Source: a virus
Taxonomy: Duplodnaviria; Caudoviricetes
DNA: 50,541 bases
IMG/VR virus record: IMGVR_UViG_3300049926_000017
Coordinates: 1-50,541 of that record
Reading direction: 5' to 3' (one strand)
Below the pieces are notes generated by a model. It did not search any database and had not been told where the DNA came from. It saw nothing but the letters and a program-made list of their open reading frames with translations. The position numbers and the translations under genes were made by a program. Shown here one piece after another: positions 37,201 through 45,412 of the stretch. Position 1 is the stretch's first letter. Each line of letters begins with the position of its first letter.

Positions 37201-38178
37201 GTCGTGGGCCGTCATGCCGGACGCGACGAGGAAGTCCATGGCCTGATCGGAGGTCCACGGCTCGGAACCGTCAGTCGGGTTCATCTTCTGTGCGACCAAC
37301 TGCTCGGCGGGGCTGGCCTCCTTCGACCCAGCGAACAGGCCGGTCCCTAGGAAGCCGGTGCTGACCGCTTCGCCGGAGCCGATCTGGCGAGCCTGCTCGG
37401 CGCGGTTATTCAGGCCGCCGAGGGTGCGCTGCCACCCGGCACCGATAAGGCCCATGCCGTCGAACATGGTGGTGACGGTGTCGGCCAGAGAGCCCGGGGC
37501 GGTGAACGAGCCGGGCAGAAGGTGAGGGTCCTTGACGTTCTCGGCCTTCGCGAAGTCGCGGATCGCCTGAGACTTGTAGTGCTCCTCGGTGCCGAGGACC
37601 CCGCTGCCGAACAGGCCCTTGTCACCGGCGTACTTCTGCTCGTTGGTGACGCCAGCCTCATCCTTGGCAGCCAACCAGTCGCGGAAGTCGGCGTTGTCCT
37701 TCTTCATCTGCTCGTACTGCGCGTCGAGCGGACCTGTGTCCTGACCGGGGATGCGCTCCAAGCCACCGCCGACGATGTCGCCAGCGTTCTTCAGCGTGTC
37801 ACCGATGCCGCCGGGGACTCCCCCGATACCACGGGCAAGCCCGCTAATCGGATCGGTCCCATCGGCGAGTGCGCCTGTCAGGCCACCGGTGAGGATGCCG
37901 GTGTGGGGTCCGAACAGGGCGGCCCCGAGCCCGTCGAGCAGCCCGCCCGTCGCGGTCGCGGCCTGCTTGGCAGACTCGACCGGATCGAGAGGGTTGACCT
38001 CAATGACTCCGGGCTGGACATCGGGCTGCCCGCCCGCGACGCCACTACCGCCGCCGGACGCGGTCGGCTGGTAGACGCCGCCGGACGAGCCGGTGTCGTA
38101 GAACTTTCGGGCTCCGGTCGAGCCGGAGGAGAACGGGCCAGACGGTGCCGACGTCCCGCCCGAGACGTAGCGGCTCAC
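31228..38178 (-). CDS. Giant ejection/polyvalent virion protein (2316 aa) with two zincin-like domains
   Basis: FRAVHDVFGH..GE..TET.GQ and RHEAGH..SEY..EF.AE motifs. Confidence 0.8.
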   Translation of the reverse strand: MSRYVSGGTSAPSGPFSSGSTGARKFYDTGSSGGVYQPTASGGGSGVAGGQPDVQPGVIEVNPLDPVESAKQAATATGGLLDGLGAALFGPHTGILTGGLTGALADGTDPISGLARGIGGVPGGIGDTLKNAGDIVGGGLERIPGQDTGPLDAQYEQMKKDNADFRDWLAAKDEAGVTNEQKYAGDKGLFGSGVLGTEEHYKSQAIRDFAKAENVKDPHLLPGSFTAPGSLADTVTTMFDGMGLIGAGWQRTLGGLNNRAEQARQIGSGEAVSTGFLGTGLFAGSKEASPAEQLVAQKMNPTDGSEPWTSDQAMDFLVASGMTAHDSTLTIALSVASPDVAASFGMGALAKAGLKGAEVAAGAERAAQLAEEANAAVKAAEEAVGLAKTAKATRVASKALDAAKATAVEREAAVTSYQGYRTGQTINRLNVVDRAFQGSERAQRFVTAFGQTYTGLEGTYLGRASKMARYLIDPLHGIDLHMPGNARMVDLYSDTLQKTLHTTMNPIEGMKNFDDLLELDKTGRLASEYADALGTGMTNRGREGILSLHQASSIDRGLAGALQTAEGAARREDVIADAAKHMRMKDLVGWVKDDIVRNIVKQDEHWTEAEHLKLARKLESMFGLRTAEQWMELLPKMSKERKSLLDFAYYAHANKVLLDSTSLAKAEGHAAAAAFDLDKVVLLSSKTLTRVGAGSVLSKLKAAKSTKKALGIAREWQERYPELAYITMDSANGAKSVQRLIRHIEDHMESFPMQFLDDELKTLPDDLQDLHKTFAGQYQLGFRPREEFLWGIERANEQGGKYIGKTAPWADHVANGAKGYRPGIDLPRNIAGLPIIGVAATKAAKMVDFVAAGSSMLRAQVTGAQVHEIARQRFVSIASHSAYKEFGLSEHVANKWWDRLQEYTREHQGYSGPRGFGKGDLFKAIKDEGLVPATMLNGAGALQEADVLRLVLNAYDGDMRFIGLTQKLSGRVKTMLSAATGYQSNFAGQIAEHAWPTVKFRYNPIFQLQEKVEPWVLNTQRGISTPFLTDTLSEADKATERLLGRMTDNSLIRAADLDQAEYTAQMLMGDRVKGLWHNPTSRLSKIAARSGELMDVQGVKRIAALRTFRKGLGKELRSAWEEVQPGVWKDMKVNADAMAGHVLDEDEFAVQLLNENLFANDIVVRRLDKAGRMAGLPKMEAEWGNAIKTGEWHKPSHIGELKALDLDHVAQSMGSFTDGTAVKTMADLRRVIAGADKPAAKLNEVSDFLRRLGADKDYIGRVENSLTFSWTGFWKEAEKRYNLSFEESKGLQDLMGGWADLRGMTPVDFMSQVFDPGIIDGTEGLLGSLDGPLKMLRKNKVGETVGRGRSRLAAPAANTAKREDLVRQMSAVFSQHLDPSAKRALLMEFRPELTKAVKKGDVRLHQKDIKAMWDADAEGQLADRILGYMDGKYGTGAHDVLTDSTRGVEALRNGANKYLRDKGVTPMDEARHYKVDEAHYQTVADEYGALPETPFEKTGRRPTTKSLHAADTDLKPQPAGIDERTYKAYQQFVVETRDQFDFMTKPKSEGGMGIKVTVAKGDPYTADALGREAMLKDIRKGELRVKGTDSDHPLMTNEQNTMFRAVHDVFGHSAEGFSFGPRGELNAAASHFKMYSPDARGALLTETHGQTAYVNFSNDVIPGADVAKPLDAVDPAADFEARHPFEVPKAQQVPSGPDVPAQDFATVDVGATQHTYSRRLGDGIMALPADLQHALLQPIEDVMNQFPELRIFHIDVVDFSGDAKSLDDNMLVGLGMKEGDAPFAITFGADDGEPVILFNSQYADPVSWKEDWAGAHTKRNDWGRQYDTFSQIGPDGKPMQVARNTEFGVPFNNPDFATGQLDIQSVMRHEAGHAFDVDRRPQKLRTRSDGTTPWLDKAGNKVYVQHPLAGYEDYHNMMVRFEKDVTGGRAQLSEYSFKSGPEFGAELFSLATDPNLDMAVLATRAPALHAVVEEFQTFLQKTGEWVKPEVNPLAGKTIREANAAKRGTVFAPQKAGLLPQKTIDDFAQQFVGVGKHVESNPDVARVAQHFGKWSQKAVENGLLQGDNAIHAGLIQDIAGIPTGAAAPYNYTEAMAHQLAVSNMQRKWQDAFRLQYFAQSRSMLERSINHPMFGLYPASYMWGKLAPEVVQFIAKRPFGIRTGGALSAMMHAKSEIALRREYDPEFDAQIEKLGHSQAMSFLGYMLPTLPWDISASAPQWMKDVAAQGTDRAKAVASGQEPTGFSVTQPFVDTIKKLNPLETTVPWAGRAIDELNGPNTPAEQLKKALEDAQAGQVTGAELGTPLYYVMQELRDALK

Positions 38179-40877
38179 AGAGCCTTCGGACCGGCGCCGC
38201 CGCCACCACCCGAGGTCGGCTGGGGCTGAGGTTGCGGCTGCACGTAGTTCTGTGCAGAGGTCGCGCCGCCGCTCGGGCCTGTCGTCTGGTCGTGTGTCGT
38301 CACCGTCTTGACCTCGGGAACCTTCGGAACCGTGATGGACTTCGCCGCGTTGATGAGGAGCGTTGCCTTGCTGTCAGGCGTCTCCGGCGGCTTCGCTGTA
38401 AGAGTACCACCGAACAGGTGTGCGCCGATGGCCTCGAACGGGGTTCCCTTCACGAGGTCCGTGGCGAGTTTGCCGAGAGGCGTCTCCTGCAGGCCGGTCA
38501 TGCCCGGGGTCGTGGGAGTGCTGCCCGGGTACGGGGAGCCGGTGGTCATGCGCTGCCACGTCTTCGCTGCACCCTCGACGAAGTCAGTGAACGACTTCGC
38601 GCTGGTTGCGAGGCTGGTCTGCTGGGCGGTCTGCGCCAACTTGGCGGGGTTGCCGGGGTTGATGACGACGCCCTTCTCGTCCACTTGCACGCCAGCGTAG
38701 GTGTTGTTGTCGAACGTGACCTGCCCCTTGAACTCGGGGTGCTGGTCGAGGGTACGCATGACTCCACGTCCGTCCTCTGTGGTCATGAGGTTCGCGACCG
38801 TGAGGCTGATGAAGTCCGTAGCCGGATCGGTGCCGCCGAGGGAGTTGCGCTCGACGTCGCTCGCGCGAGACGCGCCGTACGGGTCGAAGACCAGCGTGCC
38901 GACCGGATGCGGGTTCTGCGCGCTCGGGTTCGGGACATCGGCCACGTTGAAGCCGGGCAGGTCGGCGATGGCGCCAGCCTTGTGCGTGTCAACGTTCAAC
39001 TGCAGCGAGCCCGGAGCCCCGCCACTGGTCGAGGGCGCGGTCGGGATGAGCGGGCTGAAGTCAACCTCGTAGTGGTTGCCGCCGGACGAGGACGGGGTCG
39101 CCGTCAACTTGTCGTTCCACGGCGGGTTCTTCTCGTCGGAGAAGTTCATGACAGACTTCGTCGGGTCGGCCGGGTCCTTGGTCAGGTATCCGTAGCGAAG
39201 GCCGTTCTGCCCGCCCTGCGGGAAGTTGTAGGCGTAGGCGATGGGCTGGTCGTTCGTCGGCGCGAGGTCCTTGCCGGTGACCGGGTCCTTGGCGACGCCC
39301 TTGACCGGAACGGCGGTGACCACCATCTGGATACCAGCCCCACCGCGAGCGTCGGGGATGGTGACGGTCTGAGGCATGAGGCCAGACGAGTTGACGTCCT
39401 GCATCGTGGCGGTGCCAATCTCGGTACCGTTCGGGCTCGGGACGAAGGTGCCGTCATCCTTGGTCGTGCCGTACGTCCAGACGACCTTGCTCGGGTCAGT
39501 GGGCGGCAGTTCCATGCTCTTCGTGACGGCCTCGATCTGGTCCTGCGCCTGCTTGATGGTGCCCTGCGTTGTGGCAGTGTCCTTCGAGCGGAAGCCGGTC
39601 ATGTTGACGTCCTGCCCGGTGAACGACTCGCCGAGAGTGGGCGTGCTGTCGTCGCCGTTGGCCTCGGCCGTCAGCCGGGTACGCATGTTGTCGTTCGAGG
39701 CGATGCGCGGGTCCTTGGCTAGCCCATAGAGGCCCTGCTGGTAGGACGACCACGCCTTGGTGAGGGCCTGCGGGCTGATCGTCGGGTCGTTCTTCTCGGC
39801 CTCCCACGTCTGCTTCAGGTCCTGATACACCTTCTCGATGGGCCATGCCGCGACCTGCCGGGTGAGGTTGGCGATGTAGCCCTTCTCCTTCGTCAGGTTG
39901 GCGGCGTCGGTCATGTGGCCGGTCTTGTTGGCGCGGTCAATCCGCTCCTGCAGGCCGGTGTTCTGTCGGTCGAGCAAGCCGGTCAGGTACGGGACGTCAA
40001 CGGGCTGGCCCGGCTTGTACGACGGGTCGTACTTGGTCAACTGGGCGAGGATGTCGGCGCCGGTGACGGCCTTGGGCTTGCCGGTCTTCTTGTCGATGCT
40101 GTCGCTGTGGTAGAGGACCGCTCCGTTCGCGCCGAAGGAGCCCTCGCCGATGGTACCGGGCTTGCCGACTCGCGGGTCCTGTGCTCCGGTGTAGGGCGTT
40201 AGGAGCGCCAGCAACTTCATGCTGACCTCCGGGTCGCTCGGGTCGAAGGACGTCAGGTCCTGCCCGGCCGAGTCCGTGGACTTGTCGGGGGCCTCGATGG
40301 TGTTGACGATACCGCCGTCGGCGTAGCCGGACTGGTTGAGGCGGCGCATGGTGTCCGTCAGGAACGACCCGGCGGCCTCGTACTTCTTCGACGTCTCGGA
40401 CTGCTGGTCCTGATACTTCTTCTCCTTGGCCGCCTCGATGGCTGCCTGAGAGACGTTCTTCGCGGACCGCATGTACTGCCCGGCGTCGCGCTGCAGGACG
40501 CGGTAGAACTCGCTGTCCTTCGGGACCTTCTTCGACCAGCCGAGGTAGAACGCCACCATCTGACTGTCGCTCGTCTTCTTCAGGGCGTACGACGCGGTCA
40601 TCTTCGACTCGTGGATGGTGTAGTCGAGGTTCGTGACGGCGTTCTGGTACGTGTCATGGAGCGGGTCGTCCACGGAGACGCCGTTCATGCGCTCCTTCCA
40701 GTGGGCCAGCACGAGGTCGTCGGTGACCTTCTTGCCCTCGAAGGTGCCGCCCTTCTGCCAAGCGTCCATGATGTTGTTGTCGCGGGTCTGCTGGTACTCG
40801 CGAGCGATGGCGATGAGGGTCGAGGTCAGGCTCGGCGCCGTACGGGGTGCTCGGCCGAACCTACCGCTACGAGCCAT
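38175..40877 (-). CDS. Large internal virion/ejection protein (900 aa)
   Basis: Long ORF with phage codon usage between the portal and the giant protein. Confidence 0.7.
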   Translation of the reverse strand: MARSGRFGRAPRTAPSLTSTLIAIAREYQQTRDNNIMDAWQKGGTFEGKKVTDDLVLAHWKERMNGVSVDDPLHDTYQNAVTNLDYTIHESKMTASYALKKTSDSQMVAFYLGWSKKVPKDSEFYRVLQRDAGQYMRSAKNVSQAAIEAAKEKKYQDQQSETSKKYEAAGSFLTDTMRRLNQSGYADGGIVNTIEAPDKSTDSAGQDLTSFDPSDPEVSMKLLALLTPYTGAQDPRVGKPGTIGEGSFGANGAVLYHSDSIDKKTGKPKAVTGADILAQLTKYDPSYKPGQPVDVPYLTGLLDRQNTGLQERIDRANKTGHMTDAANLTKEKGYIANLTRQVAAWPIEKVYQDLKQTWEAEKNDPTISPQALTKAWSSYQQGLYGLAKDPRIASNDNMRTRLTAEANGDDSTPTLGESFTGQDVNMTGFRSKDTATTQGTIKQAQDQIEAVTKSMELPPTDPSKVVWTYGTTKDDGTFVPSPNGTEIGTATMQDVNSSGLMPQTVTIPDARGGAGIQMVVTAVPVKGVAKDPVTGKDLAPTNDQPIAYAYNFPQGGQNGLRYGYLTKDPADPTKSVMNFSDEKNPPWNDKLTATPSSSGGNHYEVDFSPLIPTAPSTSGGAPGSLQLNVDTHKAGAIADLPGFNVADVPNPSAQNPHPVGTLVFDPYGASRASDVERNSLGGTDPATDFISLTVANLMTTEDGRGVMRTLDQHPEFKGQVTFDNNTYAGVQVDEKGVVINPGNPAKLAQTAQQTSLATSAKSFTDFVEGAAKTWQRMTTGSPYPGSTPTTPGMTGLQETPLGKLATDLVKGTPFEAIGAHLFGGTLTAKPPETPDSKATLLINAAKSITVPKVPEVKTVTTHDQTTGPSGGATSAQNYVQPQPQPQPTSGGGGGAGPKAL

Positions 40878-40901
40878 TGCTGACTCGACGTCGAGTCAGC
40901 A
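40878..40901. promoter_or_regulatory. Palindrome site 6, perfect 24-bp TGCTGACTCGACGTCGAGTCAGCA
   Basis: Fills the entire gap between the portal stop and the next ATG. Confidence 0.9.
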
Positions 40902-42863
40902 CTAGCGCCGACCCAACTTCTGCTGCGTCATGATGCGGCCCTTGGCGGTGCCGTTCTGGATCATGCCCTGCATGACCGGCTGGTTGTCGGGCGGCGTGAC
41001 GAGCGGAGCGCCACTGGCGTTGGCGGGCTGCGCCTCGGCCGGGGCTCCGGGGATCGCGGGCGGCATGGCCTGCGTGTCCGGGCTCTGCATGCCGGTCGAG
41101 TTCTGCTGGCCGCCGAGAGCCTGACGGAGGGCGTCCTGACCGGAGGCGACCTGTCCCTGAGCCTGAGCGGTAGCACCGGCCGGTGCCTGCAGGTTGAGGG
41201 ACTGAAGGGCCGCCATCAACTGGGCCATGACCTGCACGTCTGCCGGGAAGAGAGTGGCGTCGGTGCGCTCCTCACGGATGAGGTCCTGCTCCGTCTCGGG
41301 GTCGTCGATACCGACGATGTTCATGGCCGTGCGCTGCGACCACAACTTGTTGTTCATGGCGTTGATGGCGCGCTGCATCGTCTCCATGTCGTCACGCGGC
41401 GACAGGGACGGGTCCGTAATCTCCAAGAAGCCGCCGCCACGGGCGACGAGGGCCTTCACGTCGGAGTTCTTCTGAGCGTACACGGAGAGGGCGAGTTCCC
41501 ACACCTTGCGGCGCCACGTGTACAGCAACTTGCGTCGGATGCTGATGCGGCTCTCGTAGTTCGCGATCAAGGCGTTGATGGCCTTCGAGGACGACAGGAC
41601 CTGCGCCGGGGCGAGTCCCAGCAGGAGGTCGTTCAGGCCCGAGACGGCCGCCTTCAGCCGGTCGATCCGGCCGAGGTACTGCTCCAACTGGAACTGGGCG
41701 ATGAACGGAGTGATGACCTCGATCCGGTTGCCGGGTCCCGGGGCGATCACGCCTCCGACGACAGGCTTCATGCCAGTCGGCACGCGGGTCGGGGCGTCGG
41801 GTCCGACCAACTGGAAGGAGTCACCACGCGTGACGTTGGCGATCATCTGGCTGCCGCGAGTTACGGCCTCCATTTCCTCGCGAAGGAGGGGCTCGATGTC
41901 GTACAGGTCAGGGCGTCCGCCGGGCATACCGGGGACGAACGTGTTGAACAGCGGGACGTACGGCAGAGTGCCCTTGTACTCGGGATACTCGGTGGGCTGG
42001 CGGATGATGACATTCCCGGCGACGACGTAGTTCATCGTCTTCATGCGCTTGAACTTGCCCTTGTACCACTCGGCCTCGCGGTACCAGTAGTCCCACACTT
42101 CGACCTTGGCGCCCTGCATGACGTTGATCGTCTTCGAGGGGATGTCGTCCCACGAGGACTGGAACACCATGGGCACGTTATCGTTCCCGTCCTTGCCGGG
42201 GCTTACCTCGACGCCGAACTGCTCGGTCAGGGCATTGGGCTCGTAGAACATGCGGAAGGCGGCCCATTCGAGTTCGTCGAAGTTGTCGTTCTTCCAGCCG
42301 AAGTAGAGGTTCCGGGGCTGTTGGATTACCTCAACGCACGGGCGACCGTGGCCGTCCTCGGCGAGAGGGTCCCAGTAGACGCGGGCGGCGGTCCGACCGT
42401 ACAGGCCCTTGACCGTGGTCGCCTTGCCGAACTTCAACTCGAAGTCTTCGGTCCGCTTCCATGCCGTGTACAGGCGCTCGACGGCGCTCGCTGCGTCGCG
42501 GGCCTCGTCGGTGTTGTCGGTGGCGAGGATGTCCTCGATGGGTTCGACGGCCTGCAGTGCGGCCGGGATGTCCACGTAGGCGGCAGGCAGGTTGACGGAG
42601 ACGTGCTGTCGGCCGTTGACCTTGGCGCTCTCGTGCTCCGGCCACAGGTCCGCACCGGACTTCTCATTGACGGTGGCGGCATAGTACAGCCCGTCAGCGC
42701 GGTCGCACCACTCGCGGAATATCGCGTGATCGAGTTCGACGCCCTTGACCCGGATGAGGAGTTTGGTGAGCAGTTCCTTCGTCGTCTCGTCGGACGCCAG
42801 TCGGACGCCCCGGACGAGCGTCATGTTTGCGAAGGGGCCGTTGTAGTCGGCCGAGCCCGCCAT
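40902..42863 (-). CDS. Portal protein
   Basis: Follows TerL; 653 aa; LPYVP..PG..GRPD..I..L pattern; Q/P-rich tail. Confidence 0.85.
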   Translation of the reverse strand: MAGSADYNGPFANMTLVRGVRLASDETTKELLTKLLIRVKGVELDHAIFREWCDRADGLYYAATVNEKSGADLWPEHESAKVNGRQHVSVNLPAAYVDIPAALQAVEPIEDILATDNTDEARDAASAVERLYTAWKRTEDFELKFGKATTVKGLYGRTAARVYWDPLAEDGHGRPCVEVIQQPRNLYFGWKNDNFDELEWAAFRMFYEPNALTEQFGVEVSPGKDGNDNVPMVFQSSWDDIPSKTINVMQGAKVEVWDYWYREAEWYKGKFKRMKTMNYVVAGNVIIRQPTEYPEYKGTLPYVPLFNTFVPGMPGGRPDLYDIEPLLREEMEAVTRGSQMIANVTRGDSFQLVGPDAPTRVPTGMKPVVGGVIAPGPGNRIEVITPFIAQFQLEQYLGRIDRLKAAVSGLNDLLLGLAPAQVLSSSKAINALIANYESRISIRRKLLYTWRRKVWELALSVYAQKNSDVKALVARGGGFLEITDPSLSPRDDMETMQRAINAMNNKLWSQRTAMNIVGIDDPETEQDLIREERTDATLFPADVQVMAQLMAALQSLNLQAPAGATAQAQGQVASGQDALRQALGGQQNSTGMQSPDTQAMPPAIPGAPAEAQPANASGAPLVTPPDNQPVMQGMIQNGTAKGRIMTQQKLGRR

Positions 42864-44494
42864 TATCCCCTCACCGGCCGGAGCCAGTTGTCGAGGTCGC
42901 GCTTCTCGTGGTCATCCTGATACATCCCAAAGAGGTCGAAGTCGCCGGTCACTTCAGAGCCGTCAGAGGTTCGACGGAGCAGATGCACGGCGCAAACGAG
43001 TGCCATGACCGCGTCCTGTTCGATGCCCCTGTCCTCCAACTTGTACCCCAGTAGTTGCCGCCGGACCAACAACCAGATGCCCGTGCGAGGCAGGATGAGC
43101 CTGCCCTCGTCGATTAGTGTGCGAAGATCGCCCAGCAGGCGCTTCTTCTTCTGCGCCGTGCCGCCGAACTCAACGTTCGTGACGTTCGGGACCTCGAAGT
43201 CAAGAGCCTCACGGAACATCTTGCCGCCGAAACCCGTGGCGTCAGTTGCAGTGTAACATGACGCCTTCAGGCGCGGGTTGTCGTAGCGATTGAAGCCGTC
43301 CGCGACCATGTTGACCACGCTCTCGGTGCTCTTCTGACCCGACCGCTTCTCGGCGTGGACACCAACCAGCATCGGCCGGGTCGGGTCCTGCTTGTTCGGG
43401 ACCACCTTCAGGCAGATGGCCCATGCCGAGTCCTGTGACTTGGCCGGGTCCACGCCTTGCAGGTAGAGGCCGCCCTTCTGGACGCCGCTCGTCTCGGGAA
43501 GCCGCTCGTCGAAGATGTCCTCGACGTTCTCGCCGTTGAAGTAGGCGGCCGAGGTCTGCAGGAAGAAGCCGTCCACGTTCTGCTTGATCGTGCGCTCGTC
43601 CATGTCGGCAGTCAGGCGGACGAACATGTCGTAGGTCAGGCCGTAGCCCACGTTGTCCCGGGTGCTCATCCGCATCGAGAACCACGACGGCAGTCTGTCG
43701 TTGCTGGCCGGGTTGCCCTGCTCCCAGTTGTCGCCGAAGACCGTGCCCAGCGTCTCGGACGGCGTGGACGCCATGAGCAACTGGCCGCCGGTGCCGAGGC
43801 GCCGGAAGCCGAAGACCTCCTTGATGAGGAAGTCGAGGTTCTTCTCCAACCCCGCCTCGTCGAAGGACAGCAGGTGCATGTCCTTGCCCAGCGACCCGAG
43901 GGCCTTCTCGCCGGTCGTCCTGAAGTGGACCTCGGCGCCGCCGACCTCAGCGGTGAACCTGATCCAGCGGTAGTCGCCGTACTCCTTCAGGTCCCATACC
44001 GCGATGGAGCGGTCCTTCGTCAGAGGGCAGCCGCGCCCCTGCTGGCCCTCGTGGAGCCCGGACAGGATGCGGACGATGTCGTTGAAGACGAGGTCGGCGA
44101 CCTCTTGGCTGATGCCGAAGTGGTAGGCGTGGTACTCCATCTTCAGCCAGCGGGCCGCCTCCTCCTCGTTCGAGGGGATAGGCCGGTTCAACTTACGCAG
44201 GCAGGAGTAGATGATGATGAGCGCCAGCAGCGACGTCTTGCCTGCCCGGTTGCCAGACGTCAGCATGAGCGTCAGGAACTTCGCGGTGAACGGGCTAGAC
44301 GGGTGGCGCAACAGGACGGCGGCAGCGAAGGCCAACTGCCCGACGTGAACGTCGAGGCCCATGGCGTGGCGGGCGAACGCCCGGAAGTCGCGAGCCGCTT
44401 CGAGCCCATCCTGCGACAGGCCGAAGTACTTGACGAGGACCCAGTCCTGCTCGGCCCACGACAACTTGCGGTACTCGAACCGCTTCAGTTTCAC
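42863..44494 (-). CDS. terL: Terminase large subunit
   Basis: Walker A GNRAGKT, Walker B LSFDEAG, STP, nuclease GVDPAKSQD and DAVMAL. Confidence 0.92.
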   Translation of the reverse strand: MKLKRFEYRKLSWAEQDWVLVKYFGLSQDGLEAARDFRAFARHAMGLDVHVGQLAFAAAVLLRHPSSPFTAKFLTLMLTSGNRAGKTSLLALIIIYSCLRKLNRPIPSNEEEAARWLKMEYHAYHFGISQEVADLVFNDIVRILSGLHEGQQGRGCPLTKDRSIAVWDLKEYGDYRWIRFTAEVGGAEVHFRTTGEKALGSLGKDMHLLSFDEAGLEKNLDFLIKEVFGFRRLGTGGQLLMASTPSETLGTVFGDNWEQGNPASNDRLPSWFSMRMSTRDNVGYGLTYDMFVRLTADMDERTIKQNVDGFFLQTSAAYFNGENVEDIFDERLPETSGVQKGGLYLQGVDPAKSQDSAWAICLKVVPNKQDPTRPMLVGVHAEKRSGQKSTESVVNMVADGFNRYDNPRLKASCYTATDATGFGGKMFREALDFEVPNVTNVEFGGTAQKKKRLLGDLRTLIDEGRLILPRTGIWLLVRRQLLGYKLEDRGIEQDAVMALVCAVHLLRRTSDGSEVTGDFDLFGMYQDDHEKRDLDNWLRPVRG

Positions 44495-44976
44495 TCGACC
44501 TCCACGGCCGTGCCCTCGAAGGTGTTGCCGTCATCGAGTTCGGGAGGGGTCGGAGCATCGCGCAGGCCAGCCAGCCACGCCTGAAGCGAGAGGGCTCCGG
44601 CGGCGATGCCGAGTTTCTTGTTGGTGGCGTCACGCTTGTCGAGGATCGCCTGTGCCTGCAGGCCCTTGCCTACCATCGGGGCCAGTTCCTTGCCCATGAA
44701 CAGGAGCGCGTTCGCGTCTAGGTCCTCGACCGCCTCAACCACCTTGTCGCGCATGATGATCGCGAGGTCACGTGGGGTGTGCTGCGGCTTGTCGGGGTCC
44801 ACCGGCTTGACCCAGTGGCGGTTCTTGTGGCGACCGACCACGTCTTGATCGAGTTTGCCACCCATCTTGTCAACGCTCGCGCTGATACCGACATTGGTGA
44901 ACCCCCGGTTCAGGGCGTCATCGACGAACGAACGCAGGGGCGGATTGTCGCAGATCAGGCACCTACCGGCTGGCAA
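44491..44976 (-). CDS. Probable terminase small subunit
   Basis: Directly upstream of TerL; CxxC plus HTH-like region with H..H; helical. Confidence 0.65.
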   Translation of the reverse strand: MPAGRCLICDNPPLRSFVDDALNRGFTNVGISASVDKMGGKLDQDVVGRHKNRHWVKPVDPDKPQHTPRDLAIIMRDKVVEAVEDLDANALLFMGKELAPMVGKGLQAQAILDKRDATNKKLGIAAGALSLQAWLAGLRDAPTPPELDDGNTFEGTAVEVE

Positions 44977-45412
44977 GCGGGGCTCCTTGGTTGAGGACGG
45001 CTGTCACCTTACCCGAGCGTAGGTCGCTGGGCCTCACAACGATAGCATAGTTGCCCGTCTGGTTGAGCAGGCGCAGCCAGCGCCACTGGTCGTCCTCGAC
45101 GACGCCCTCCTCGCGCTTGAACTCGATGAAGATGAGGGAGTGGCCCTCCTTCGCGAGCGTCAGGTCCGGCCAGCCCTTCGCCATCGGCGTGATCCACTGG
45201 CCCGTCTCGGCGTCTCCGACCCAGCCCCGACCAGCGTGTGCGACCGTGTAGCCTCGGCGCTTGGCGCGGCCGATGACCCTGTCCTGAAGGGTCTTCTCGG
45301 ACATCGAGCGGTCCTCGCACTGCTCTGCCGTGATCGTGCGGTGTCGGACGCCGCAGTTCGAGCATGGCTCGGGCCGACCCGAAGGGGAGGCCCCGGCGAC
45401 TTTCTTGCTCAC
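44963..45412 (-). CDS. VRR-NUC domain nuclease
   Basis: SEKTLQ, GWPDL, FIEFK, Q..W..L. Confidence 0.9.
   Translation of the reverse strand: MSKKVAGASPSGRPEPCSNCGVRHRTITAEQCEDRSMSEKTLQDRVIGRAKRRGYTVAHAGRGWVGDAETGQWITPMAKGWPDLTLAKEGHSLIFIEFKREEGVVEDDQWRWLRLLNQTGNYAIVVRPSDLRSGKVTAVLNQGAPLASR

Noticed and set aside
21520-39722. Long + strand ORFs (21520..23448, 29048..30967, 31072..33474, 35506..37350, 38145..39722)
   Set aside because: Antisense shadows of real - strand genes, expected at high GC; no recognisable motifs
367-40901. Palindromic repeats as a CRISPR array or REP/IS ends
   Set aside because: Copies are kilobases apart with no spacers, cas genes or transposase
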